From Candidatus Methanoperedenaceae archaeon (GTDB lineage: Archaea > Halobacteriota > Methanosarcinia > Methanosarcinales > Methanoperedenaceae): a stretch of DNA of 64,000 bases. The stretch covers positions 96,001-160,000 of the forward strand of contig CAVWCX010000001.1 in assembly GCA_963753595.1 (NCBI GenBank), given 5' to 3'. Both the position numbers and the translations under genes were made by a program. Positions 20,878 to 30,086 of the stretch are shown here, piece by piece; position 1 is the first letter of the stretch; each line of letters begins with the position of its first letter. A model generated the notes under the pieces. The model was given only the letters and a program-made list of their open reading frames with translations. It made no database searches and was not told where the DNA came from.

Positions 20878-21429
20878 CAAACTTTCATTCTTGAATTTAA
20901 TTACATCACGAGATTTTTGGATTTTACGATATTTTGTTTCAGTTCTTTTCATTGTTACGTTTCTATATTTCTTAACTTCTTTTGTTGCCGGTATTATATC
21001 ATATTTAAATTCCGTGATGGTCTCGTTATAACTTATTTCAATTGTTTTCATTTCTCCGGAAGAAATATAATTTCCTGTCGAAGATATTTTGGTGACCAAT
21101 GGAATAGAAATATCTTTTTTGGTAGTAATACGAAAATCCACATTAAAATTTCCATTTATTGTGTCATTATTCTTGATTGTAACCCATACATGGGATGGGG
21201 AAGGAGATATAGAGTTTGAATATTGGGCATCAATTACAATGTAATCGATTGGAACGTCCTCTATGTATGATTCGTTAACTGTGTAATTATAAAAATTAAA
21301 ATCTATATACGGTTCCTCAAATGTATAATATTCTGTATCAGTATAAGGTACGGATGTATTATAAGGTACATTTATGCAGATGAATAGGAAAAATGCAAGG
21401 AAAGCGTATTTATGGTTTATTCTTTTCAT
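20842..21429 (-). CDS. membrane-anchored hypothetical protein with long beta-hairpin-like stalk (paralog of 51721)
   Basis: N-terminal TM; Y/T/E-rich N-arm and K/R-rich C-arm; ESYI..VP and TKEV.K motifs shared with 51721. Confidence 0.7.
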   Translation of the reverse strand: MKRINHKYAFLAFFLFICINVPYNTSVPYTDTEYYTFEEPYIDFNFYNYTVNESYIEDVPIDYIVIDAQYSNSISPSPSHVWVTIKNNDTINGNFNVDFRITTKKDISIPLVTKISSTGNYISSGEMKTIEISYNETITEFKYDIIPATKEVKKYRNVTMKRTETKYRKIQKSRDVIKFKNESLSVLQRFFPDII

Positions 21430-21433
21430 AATA

Positions 21434-22978
21434 TCATATAAAAGTAGTTGCAGTCTCTTCCACCAAATAAATAGCTACACCTTTTCGTGTGAGGTAATGG
21501 AAACGATCAGGGGAATCAAACATGATCCCTCCTCCATCGTAGATAAAGATAATAGAATCATATCTCTTTCCGTCTTTCCCATCCACAACAACGAATTGCC
21601 CGTCATTGTTTGAAGCCCCATAGACCAGATGCTTGTTATCCGGGCTGAAAAGTAAAGAACCTTCTATAATATCATCATATTGTTTTCCTATATTGCCGTC
21701 AATAACATCTTTTAAACCATCATCATTTCCAAAATCTTCAAAATTCATGGGGACAGAGCTAAATGAAATCACGCCGCTATAAGTTGATTTTTTCTCAGTT
21801 GTTTCCTCTATCACGAACCATTTATCTTTTTCTCTTGCCGCATAAGCTACCCGTTTGCTGTCAGGGCTAAATACTGGAGTATATTTCAGGATATCATCAT
21901 ACCGCTGTCCCTCTTTTCCATCCACAACTACGAACCATTTATCGCCTTCTCTTGCTGCGTAAGCGATCCTTTTTCCATCAGGACTGAAGGTGATACTATG
22001 TTTCAATATGCTGCCGTATATTTTTTCCTCTTTTCCATCTACTACTACAAACCACCCATTTCCCTCTCTTGCTGCATAAGCGATCTGTTTGCTGTCCGGG
22101 CTGAAGATGGGAGTGTATTTCAGGATTTCATCATATGTTTTCCCTTCCTCTTCATTTTCTACAACAAACCACTTTCCGTCCTTTTTTGCTACATAAGCCG
22201 TCTTATTGCTGTCAGGACTGAACATGAGGGTGTTTGTCAGTATGCTATCATATTGCTGTCCCTCTTTTCCATCCAATACCACAAACAATTTGCCCTCTTC
22301 TCCTGCGACATAGGCTACTCGATTGCTGTCAGGACTAAAGACAGGGTAAAAACTGCTTTGAAATTTCTTATCTTCTTTTCCATCCACAACCACGAACCAT
22401 TTATCTTCCTCCCTTGCTTCATAGGCTATCCTTTCGCTGTCCGGGCTAAAGACAGGCATTTTGATGCTATCGTATTGTTTTTCTTCTTTTCCATCTACGA
22501 CCACAAACCATTTACTGCTATCATTTGCCACATAAGCCTGGCGCCTGCCATCAGGACTGAAAACCAGGTTTCTAACATTTTCATAATGAGTTTCTTCTTT
22601 TCCATTAAGTACTACAAACCACCTCTCATTCTCTTTTGCGGCATAAGCCAGGCTTTTGCTATCCGGGCTAAAAATGAAACCATTTATATCATCGTATTTT
22701 TTTTCATTTTCTCCATTCAGGACAATGAATTTCTTTTCTCCTTCAGTTTCAACATAAACAAATTGCATACTATCCGGACTTACCTTGAAAGTCTCCGGAA
22801 CCCCCGAAAAAAAACCGAATTTAACAATAAGTTTTTCTGAAATCACCCTGCCGGCTATTTCTTCATTATTTTGCGCTCTTGATGGAGTATCCCGCGAAAT
22901 ACAACCACTTGCCAATATTATTATAATTAGAATAAAAGTAATTATGTATTTTTTCATATTTAATTTAAACAAATTCAC
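21434..22978 (-). CDS. TolB/WD40-like beta-propeller repeat lipoprotein
   Basis: Lipobox ASGC; about ten ~38-40-aa repeats FSPDSKR.AYAA....WFVVVDGKE...YD.I. Confidence 0.85.
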   Translation of the reverse strand: MNLFKLNMKKYIITFILIIIILASGCISRDTPSRAQNNEEIAGRVISEKLIVKFGFFSGVPETFKVSPDSMQFVYVETEGEKKFIVLNGENEKKYDDINGFIFSPDSKSLAYAAKENERWFVVLNGKEETHYENVRNLVFSPDGRRQAYVANDSSKWFVVVDGKEEKQYDSIKMPVFSPDSERIAYEAREEDKWFVVVDGKEDKKFQSSFYPVFSPDSNRVAYVAGEEGKLFVVLDGKEGQQYDSILTNTLMFSPDSNKTAYVAKKDGKWFVVENEEEGKTYDEILKYTPIFSPDSKQIAYAAREGNGWFVVVDGKEEKIYGSILKHSITFSPDGKRIAYAAREGDKWFVVVDGKEGQRYDDILKYTPVFSPDSKRVAYAAREKDKWFVIEETTEKKSTYSGVISFSSVPMNFEDFGNDDGLKDVIDGNIGKQYDDIIEGSLLFSPDNKHLVYGASNNDGQFVVVDGKDGKRYDSIIFIYDGGGIMFDSPDRFHYLTRKGVAIYLVEETATTFI

Positions 22979-23082
22979 TTTTAATAAAGCCTTTAAGTAT
23001 ATAGATTTGGCTGAGTAATCAACCTGTATTGATTGAATGTTTTAAGCCTTATTTTCAAAATCTTTATAAGTAAATCAGTATA

Positions 23083-24372
23083 TTGTTGTGCGTGGAATTT
23101 AAACTGACTATCCTAATTATGGTATTTATTCTCTTTGCCGTTCCTTCCCTGGCTGTTGATAATGGATATGCCAGGATAGTTTATAATGTAAGGGGATTGC
23201 AGGATTATGATCTGCACTGGAACGACAGGTTCCCTCCCGGGAGCACTTTAAGAATTTATGCAGAGGCAAACGGCGTGAATCATAAGCGCCAGGTGGCAGT
23301 TGATTACATTTTTATTATTAAGGATCCAAATAATAATGTTATAGATACGGCATTATATAGCAATAGATATGAAGATTACAGGGAAAATGATTTCATGACC
23401 TATTCAAGGAATGTGCCGCAAGAGTGGGATGATGGGGTTTATACGGCTGATATACATATTTTTGACCTGTTGAATGAAACACTAATGGATACATATTATC
23501 GTGAACTTATAATGTCATATTTGAATGAGAGTGACAGGCCTGATCTTCCGGTAATGAATCGAAGCAATGCATCAGTTCTGCCGGAACAGCACATGATAAT
23601 TAAGAAAACCTTTTTTATTGACAGGTATGCAAATAAATATCCCGTTGACAGATTCAGAATAGAAAAAATCATGCTTGATAGAACAAGTGTTGCGCCAAAT
23701 ATGCCAGTTGCGGTTAGCGCCAATGTGATCAATACTTTTTATGATAAAGGTTCAACATCTATTGATTTGTTATTAGATAATAAAGTAATTAACAAAACTA
23801 CGCTGGAAATTGAAAGTTATAGTTCCAGCCAGGCTATTTTCACAGTTTCCACCGAAATTATCGGGAACCATACTGTAGAAATTATACCGACTGGAATGAA
23901 TACTATTGGAATAAATCTGTCCGGTGTCTTCATGGTGAGCGCCGAAAAAGAGATAGAAAAACCTACGGAATTTGTTTACCAGGATATACAGATAGATAAA
24001 TTAAGTGTCGAGCCAAACGGGACCGTGATTATCGCTGTGACAGTAAAAAATACAGGAAAGGAAGGAATCCAGTCTGTGGAGTTGTATATTAATGATGTCC
24101 TGGAAGAAGAAAGACAGGTAGATCTAAACTTTTCGGAAATTAAAGATATTTTATTCAATGTGACCAAAAAAGATCTGGGCGCATACAGGGTTACAGTTGG
24201 CAAATCAACTCTTAGCAAGGTTTTTTTTGTGGAATCAAGTACACCTGTTCCTTTTGTAACAGCCGGACCCAAAATAGAAAAAAAGCCGCAGCTTAAGGTC
24301 GTGATCGGCCTATCAGTTATTGTTATATTGATATATCTTTTAAGAATATATTTAAAAAATAAATGGAAGTGA
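23083..24372 (+). CDS. membrane-anchored Ig/CARDB-like domain protein (paralog of 36045)
   Basis: Signal peptide; two CARDB-like domains (V..TVKNTG); C-terminal TM; HW...[FY]PP and YP.DR motifs shared with 36045. Start codon uncertain. Confidence 0.75.
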   Translation: MLCVEFKLTILIMVFILFAVPSLAVDNGYARIVYNVRGLQDYDLHWNDRFPPGSTLRIYAEANGVNHKRQVAVDYIFIIKDPNNNVIDTALYSNRYEDYRENDFMTYSRNVPQEWDDGVYTADIHIFDLLNETLMDTYYRELIMSYLNESDRPDLPVMNRSNASVLPEQHMIIKKTFFIDRYANKYPVDRFRIEKIMLDRTSVAPNMPVAVSANVINTFYDKGSTSIDLLLDNKVINKTTLEIESYSSSQAIFTVSTEIIGNHTVEIIPTGMNTIGINLSGVFMVSAEKEIEKPTEFVYQDIQIDKLSVEPNGTVIIAVTVKNTGKEGIQSVELYINDVLEEERQVDLNFSEIKDILFNVTKKDLGAYRVTVGKSTLSKVFFVESSTPVPFVTAGPKIEKKPQLKVVIGLSVIVILIYLLRIYLKNKWK

Positions 24373-24376
24373 TAAA

Positions 24377-25114
24377 ATGGTAGCAAGAATCATTGCCATA
24401 GCATCGGGAAAAGGCGGTGTCGGTAAAACGACTATCGCTTTGAACTTGGGATTTGCTATGGCATCATTAAAAAAGAATGTCCTGGTCATAGACACTGACG
24501 TATCTCTTCCAAATCTGGATCTATATACAGGACTTGAAAAACCATTAATTACTCTTCTTGAGGTATTGAATGGCTCAGCAAATATCCAGAGCGCGATATA
24601 CTCAATCCAGATGGGGCTGAACATCCTGCCATGCGGTTCTTCGATTGAAGCTTTACGCGGTGCAGATATTGACAAATTAGGAGATATTATCTCAGAATTA
24701 AAAAACAGCGAATTTGATTTTATAATTCTGGATGTTCCTGCAGGTCTTTCCAAGTTCAGTTTATTGCCCATGACATATTCCGATGAGGTTATACTTATTG
24801 TCAATCCGGACCCGGCTTCCATATCAGATGCCCGGAAGGTAAGAACAGTATCCGGGCTTACTGATATGAAGATCACAGGCATAATTGTGAATAAATTTAA
24901 AAAGAACAATTATGAGGACATTGGAATAAAATTAGGACTGCCAGTTATCGGGGTGGTACCTGTGGATGATGCTGTCGTTAAATCCAGGGATTCAAGAAAA
25001 CCTGTAATATTACTGAAACCAAAATCTGCTCCCGCAAAAGCATTAATGCAAATAGCAAGAAAAGTATGCGGGATCCCTGAGAAAAAAAGTATTTTAGCGA
25101 GATTATTAGGATAA
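24377..25114 (+). CDS. minD: MinD/ParA-family ATPase (archaeal MinD-like)
   Basis: IAIASGKGGVGKTT deviant Walker A; DVPAG; VNK; C-terminal amphipathic SILARLLG membrane-targeting helix. Confidence 0.85.
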   Translation: MVARIIAIASGKGGVGKTTIALNLGFAMASLKKNVLVIDTDVSLPNLDLYTGLEKPLITLLEVLNGSANIQSAIYSIQMGLNILPCGSSIEALRGADIDKLGDIISELKNSEFDFIILDVPAGLSKFSLLPMTYSDEVILIVNPDPASISDARKVRTVSGLTDMKITGIIVNKFKKNNYEDIGIKLGLPVIGVVPVDDAVVKSRDSRKPVILLKPKSAPAKALMQIARKVCGIPEKKSILARLLG

Positions 25115-25116
25115 TT

Positions 25117-25732
25117 ATGGACAAGACCAAGGAAAAGGAAGTTTTGGATTTTCTTATGGATGATGGCACATGGGAAAAGACTCCCGGGAAAAAAATCGTT
25201 CAAAAACAACAGGAAATTGGAAAACCAAAAGTCAGCCAACCTGGTAAAATCCCCGAAAATCGAAAATCTGAAAATATGGGGCATATAAACGAAGTCGCAA
25301 AAGAATTTACAAATGAAGAGGTTGATAAAAAAATATAAAAAGACAGGCGATGTTTCTGAAAATGAATTTGGTGAAGTGGATTATGCTATCCTGAAATCAG
25401 TGACTTTTGGTTTTAAAACCATAAAAGAAATTGCAGAAGTGCTGCAAATAAGGACAATGGTCATTGAGAAACATATTTATAAACTTATTCAGGATGGATT
25501 TATAAAATATTTTCAATATTGTGTAATTACTTCAAGGGGAAAACAAGTAATTGAAGACTTTGTGAAAGATAATCCCGAAGATGTCTGGATGCCAATAGAT
25601 GAATTTATATTATCAGTTATCGAACAGAAAAAAGAACGAAATTTAAAGTTCCAGAAGATGGTCGATTTAATTCTTCTTATCTCCATGATAATTTTGATTG
25701 TGCTGATTATTTATTTTGGGCTCATCGCATGA
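25117..25732 (+). CDS. winged-helix protein with C-terminal TM; two overlapping ORFs (25117-25338, 25313-25732) that may be one frameshifted gene
   Basis: TIKEIAEVLQI...IYKLIQDGFI...ITSRG wHTH signature. Removing one A from the A7 run at 25327-25333 fuses the ORFs into 204 aa. Confidence 0.6.
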
Positions 25733-25783
25733 TTTTCAAAAAAGACAAACAGACTGCAGATAAGCGTATTATTGACACTTTCG

Positions 25784-25847
25784 GCCAACATTATCTTAAC
25801 GGCGCCGGGGTTGCGACCCCAGACCCCTGCGGTGCGCCGCCGTTGGC
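25784..25847. repeat. GC-rich REP-like palindromic element
   Basis: GCCAAC...GTTGGC and AACGGCG...CGCCGTT arms enclosing GGGGTTGCGACCCC-AGACCCC. Confidence 0.7.
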
Positions 25848-25894
25848 GGATTATAACATTAACAATACCTGTAATATTTCTAAGTCAAAGACCA

Positions 25895-27637
25895 ATGTAT
25901 AAAAAAATTGTTAAATTATTGGAATCGAACCAAATTCCGTTATCAATATTTTTCATTTCATTATTTGTATTTCTCAGTTTTGCAGGCACACGTATGCTAT
26001 TTTCAGATGAAGGGATAATCGTAAGCCAGTTCTATAATTTTATACATGGTTCTTTAGATTTACAAACGGCCAAAGTGAATGTGGAAAGGGGAATATATAC
26101 GACTGTTGAAAATCATATATATGGAAGATTCAGTTATTCATTGCTTATATTATCTTTACCTGTATATATTATATTAAAAAATATAGATTATTTTTATGGT
26201 GCGCATTTATTTCTTCTGCAGATATGGGCTTTAAGCGGCGGGATATGTGTTTATCTTCTCACAAAAAACTGGAAAATAAAGAATGCGGCATTAGGTGGGG
26301 TTGTATCTTATTTCATATTAATAATGGTCAATCTGCTATCATTTGATCCTATTTATTTTCCTAAATGGGGGGAAATTATATCAATTGAATTTACTAATAT
26401 TCTAATCTCTTCTTTTTTGGTTTTAATGGTATATTTCTTATTCAAGAATCTATTTAATAATAAAATCGCTATCTTCGCGTCTCTTTTTGTTATATTCGCA
26501 ACGCCCATATCCTTTTATTCAATTACGTTGAAGCATCATTCTCTTGCTCTATTATTAACTGTATTGGCATTTTATTTTTTTTATAAATACCAGGAAAAAA
26601 AAGAAAATAAGTTTATTTATTATGCTTATCTATTAGCAGGACTTTGCATCTGGACTAGAATTGCAGAGGGTGCAGCACTTCTGTTGTCCCTCCTTATAAT
26701 AGATATAGTATTTTCCAGGCGAAGCATCAAACATATTGCCTTTGTCTCAATTATTATTCTGGTCTCACTTATCCCATTTTTCATTTTCAATCAATTGATA
26801 CTGGGGAATCCGTTTTCGATCATGGAATTACGCCCCTTAAGTGATATGCCCATGAAAATGGAGATTGAAAAAAATATGATCGTGCTAAGTGAAAGTTCGG
26901 TAAAAGCCAGGCAGGTAGAACTTCTGAATAATCTTGGCTTTATCTGGAATCCAGGGATCAAGACTGCCTTTTTGGACATTATGTCGTATATTTCGATTCG
27001 AAAAATGGGAAACACGTTTGGCCTATTCTTAATAAGTCCATTCTTGATAATCGCGCTTGCGTTTGTTATAGATCGGATAAAAAAGAAAATCAAGTTAAAT
27101 GCAACAGATAAATTATTGGGACTATACGCCATAATATTTATTTTAATACATAAAAATTACCTTAAATTAATAATTACTGATACACCAGTAGTTCTCGAAT
27201 ACAGGTATTTACTTATTATGTATATAGTCCTTCTTTATTTTGGGCTTAGAATAGATAAAGTCGGGGATCTTATTGAAAATAACTATAAGAAAATAGTACA
27301 GTTATACGCAGCCGCAGTAATAATACTAATTTTATATTTTATTAATATTTTTCCTCCCCCCTTCATGAATTTATACTATTCTTTAGCGTTGATCACTTCA
27401 ATCATTTTATTGATTTCATTATCGATGAGTATTTTAATTGAGAATAAAAAATCTTTTGCTGATTTATTGGATAAAATTACATTATTTTTCATCGCATTGT
27501 CACTTGCGCAAGCTTCCATATTGCTGCTTTTTTATTACTGGGTTGTTAGTATTACCTACATTTCGCCATCACAAAATTATACTGTAGTGCCAATTATTGG
27601 GAGTATTTTGAAATGGATGTACCAGGCACTTTTGTGA
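25895..27637 (+). CDS. polytopic membrane protein, probable GT-C fold (ArnT/PMT-like) glycosyltransferase
   Basis: More than 12 TM segments; FSDE acidic motif in the first loop; N..I.GNP and EYRYLL motifs. Start moved to ATG 25895 because the upstream extension is the palindrome. Confidence 0.65.
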   Translation: MYKKIVKLLESNQIPLSIFFISLFVFLSFAGTRMLFSDEGIIVSQFYNFIHGSLDLQTAKVNVERGIYTTVENHIYGRFSYSLLILSLPVYIILKNIDYFYGAHLFLLQIWALSGGICVYLLTKNWKIKNAALGGVVSYFILIMVNLLSFDPIYFPKWGEIISIEFTNILISSFLVLMVYFLFKNLFNNKIAIFASLFVIFATPISFYSITLKHHSLALLLTVLAFYFFYKYQEKKENKFIYYAYLLAGLCIWTRIAEGAALLLSLLIIDIVFSRRSIKHIAFVSIIILVSLIPFFIFNQLILGNPFSIMELRPLSDMPMKMEIEKNMIVLSESSVKARQVELLNNLGFIWNPGIKTAFLDIMSYISIRKMGNTFGLFLISPFLIIALAFVIDRIKKKIKLNATDKLLGLYAIIFILIHKNYLKLIITDTPVVLEYRYLLIMYIVLLYFGLRIDKVGDLIENNYKKIVQLYAAAVIILILYFINIFPPPFMNLYYSLALITSIILLISLSMSILIENKKSFADLLDKITLFFIALSLAQASILLLFYYWVVSITYISPSQNYTVVPIIGSILKWMYQALL

Positions 27638-27686
27638 ATTTCCAGGTTAATGTTTAATCATTTTATTAAAAAACGTTCTTAAAATA

Positions 27687-27699
27687 ATGGATAGGATAG
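27687..27699 (+). promoter_or_regulatory. ATGGATAGGATAG motif, copy 1
   Basis: Exact 13-mer also present at 27814, 53778 and 59532. Confidence 0.6.
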
Positions 27700-27745
27700 G
27701 GAACTTGCAGCCTGATACTATTTATCATGATTAATTGAAATTAAT

Positions 27746-27765
27746 GAATCGTAAAGTATATATGC
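27746..27765 (+). promoter_or_regulatory. putative BRE/TATA promoter of pentaheme subunit A
   Basis: GAATCGTAAAGTATATATGC. Confidence 0.55.
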
Positions 27766-27813
27766 TGTAAACTCATATCCTAATTATACCCAAATTGACA
27801 CCAAATTGGGAAA

Positions 27814-27826
27814 ATGGATAGGATAG
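27814..27826 (+). promoter_or_regulatory. ATGGATAGGATAG motif, copy 2 (predicted 5' UTR)
   Basis: Exact 13-mer between the TATA-like box and the start codon. Confidence 0.6.
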
Positions 27827-27921
27827 GAGCGATAGCAAAACGAAGATTGTGTTTGCTTGATTCTTATTCTTAACAAACCAAATTGGATTTAGGGTTAATA
27901 AAGATAGGATGTGAAAAATAT

Positions 27922-29181
27922 ATGAACGCAAAATTTACTTTAGCCATAATTGCGTTAGTTGGAATAGGCGTGTTCGCCCTGCCATCAACCATGTCGTTGT
28001 TCGCAGGCCAGCACTCGTTCTATAACATTGACGCAACAGGCAACCAGGTCCCGTGTGTGAAATGCCACGGTGATGTGAAAGCAGAATTGGGATCAAATGC
28101 AAATACAGTTGCAGCCAATGGACCCCTGACAGCAGGACCACACGCAGCATTTAAGTGCGAGTACTGCCACAGAATAGAACAGGGTGCTTCCAGCGGTGAC
28201 AATGCAGTTGCAATAGTTCCATACGAAAATGCGACAGGAGCAATTATAAGGGCAATTGCAATACCAGTATCAGACATGGAAGCAGGTAATTTCCCAACGG
28301 GAATTACGGGTGCTATGCTATTTACTAGCAGCAGTACAACTCTTAATGGTACAAAATTACAATTCGGTAAGGGTGCTATCAGTGCAGCTACAGCCGATGC
28401 AACATTAGAAGTAGCTCCCAGACAAGATTGGACAATAATGGCATCATATGATGCAATTACTGGCTTACCCAAGGATACAAACGCATCCACAATGTATGGT
28501 GGAATTGACCCATCGAAGATAAACGTCACTATAAATACTGCTAGACCATACGTTAGTCTTGGTTTCTTGAATGCAGGTTCACAGGCAGTCAACCCGGGCA
28601 GCAAATATCATGCAGCATCACTTGTATCATGCATGGAATGCCACGGTGGCGAAGAACCACTTGGTCACTATACCAGAGTTACAAGCGAAACGAGATGTTC
28701 TGACTGTCACTACGGTTACAACCCAGTTCCAGGCGCTAGATGGACTCAGCTCGCAGCAGGCGGCTTCGGACTTACAACATCCGCAAATGATACTGGCACA
28801 TCAGAAGCCCATAACGCATGGGTAAAAACCGATGACGGTATAAACAGATTCGGCGGACAACAGGGCAAGGAAGCAAATAACGGTGCATGTATTGGATGCC
28901 ATACCCACGTAGCAGTAGACATTGCATTCAATAAGGGCTACAAGCTCTCATTCACTGCAACCGAGGCAGCAACCGGTTCTTATACTGTTTCCGATGCAAA
29001 AGTTGAGGGAACAGTTCACGTTGACATATACGGCAACGGTTCTGGCGAAACCTTCGGTGTGGGCGACAAGTCCTATACCTGGACACCAGAGACAACCCTG
29101 TATCTCAATGGTAATGGCACAGTTATCAGCGGTCTCAATGGAGACTCCAGCGACAGCGCAACAGCTCTTACAACCCCGTAA
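27922..29181 (+). CDS. pentaheme cytochrome c, putative major nanowire subunit A
   Basis: PSTMSLFAGQHSFY; CVKCH, CEYCH, CMECH, CSDCH, CIGCH; own promoter and terminator. ATG 27922 chosen by identity with the paralog. Confidence 0.9.
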   Translation: MNAKFTLAIIALVGIGVFALPSTMSLFAGQHSFYNIDATGNQVPCVKCHGDVKAELGSNANTVAANGPLTAGPHAAFKCEYCHRIEQGASSGDNAVAIVPYENATGAIIRAIAIPVSDMEAGNFPTGITGAMLFTSSSTTLNGTKLQFGKGAISAATADATLEVAPRQDWTIMASYDAITGLPKDTNASTMYGGIDPSKINVTINTARPYVSLGFLNAGSQAVNPGSKYHAASLVSCMECHGGEEPLGHYTRVTSETRCSDCHYGYNPVPGARWTQLAAGGFGLTTSANDTGTSEAHNAWVKTDDGINRFGGQQGKEANNGACIGCHTHVAVDIAFNKGYKLSFTATEAATGSYTVSDAKVEGTVHVDIYGNGSGETFGVGDKSYTWTPETTLYLNGNGTVISGLNGDSSDSATALTTP

Positions 29182-29182
29182 T

Positions 29183-29213
29183 GAAATGGGTAATCCCCAT
29201 TTCTCTTTTTTTT
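29183..29213 (+). terminator. hairpin + T-tract terminator
   Basis: GAAATGGG-taatc-CCCATTTC followed by TCTTTTTTTT. Confidence 0.75.
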
Positions 29214-29428
29214 AATTCTCTTTTACTGAAAAAATGTTTTATTCATAAACATAATAATCTGTTCGTAAATATACGATTTGTGTACGAAAATTTTCCCACC
29301 TGTACGTATCGCTTTTAGAATAAGCAAAGAAAACGAGTGTCGATACTTTTGAACGAACGTTAAGGATACAAAAGAATCTGTCTGAAATAACTCATTGTGG
29401 AATAAAACAGAATAATACGAAAAAAAAT

Positions 29429-30082
29429 TTACACTCCACCTTTATATGCCCCTTCAATTGTTTTCATGTTTTCAATCATTCTTCTTCCGGCCTGGGTCAG
29501 CATGTATACCTTCTCGCTGTCTTGCTCAATAACATTATATGATTTCAGGATACGAAGATGAAAGCTGAGTTTTGTGGCATCATCTATCTTAAGCATGTTT
29601 TTAATCTCTGTGAACTTGAGTTTACCTGCTTTATTGAGAAGTTTCAGGGTGTTTTTTCTTATTGGATTTGAAATCGCCTTAATTAAATCAGATTCAAGGA
29701 GTTGTGGATATTTATTGATCTCTGCCGTTGCTAGAATTATCCTTATCTTTGTCTGTACCTCGTCTATCTTAAATGGTTTCGTTATATAATCCGACGCTCC
29801 TGCTTTTATTGCATCCACAGCATTTTCAATTGTCCCGAATGCTGTAATTATTATTACGTTTGCCCCGGGTTTGATATGTTTTATCTCCATTAAGACATCC
29901 ATTCCCCCCATGACTGGCATAATCAGATCAGTCAAAATAACATCAAATTCTTTTTTCCTGATTTTTTCAAGCCCAACCTGGCCATTCTCGGCAGACTCTA
30001 CATTATATCCCTCATCTGTTAAAATTTCTACTAATCCATCCCGCATTTTCTGTTCGTCTTCTATAACTAGTATATTTTTCAT
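29429..30082 (-). CDS. response regulator: NtrC-like REC + ArsR-like winged HTH
   Basis: ILVIEDE, TDLIMP, ITAFGTIENAVDAIKAGASDYITKPF; then KAISNPIR...LSFHLRILK...YMLTQAG. Confidence 0.9.
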   Translation of the reverse strand: MKNILVIEDEQKMRDGLVEILTDEGYNVESAENGQVGLEKIRKKEFDVILTDLIMPVMGGMDVLMEIKHIKPGANVIIITAFGTIENAVDAIKAGASDYITKPFKIDEVQTKIRIILATAEINKYPQLLESDLIKAISNPIRKNTLKLLNKAGKLKFTEIKNMLKIDDATKLSFHLRILKSYNVIEQDSEKVYMLTQAGRRMIENMKTIEGAYKGGV

Positions 30083-30086
30083 ATTG

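Noticed and set aside
21998-22840. 280-aa plus-strand ORF
   Set aside because: Antisense shadow of the repetitive beta-propeller gene.
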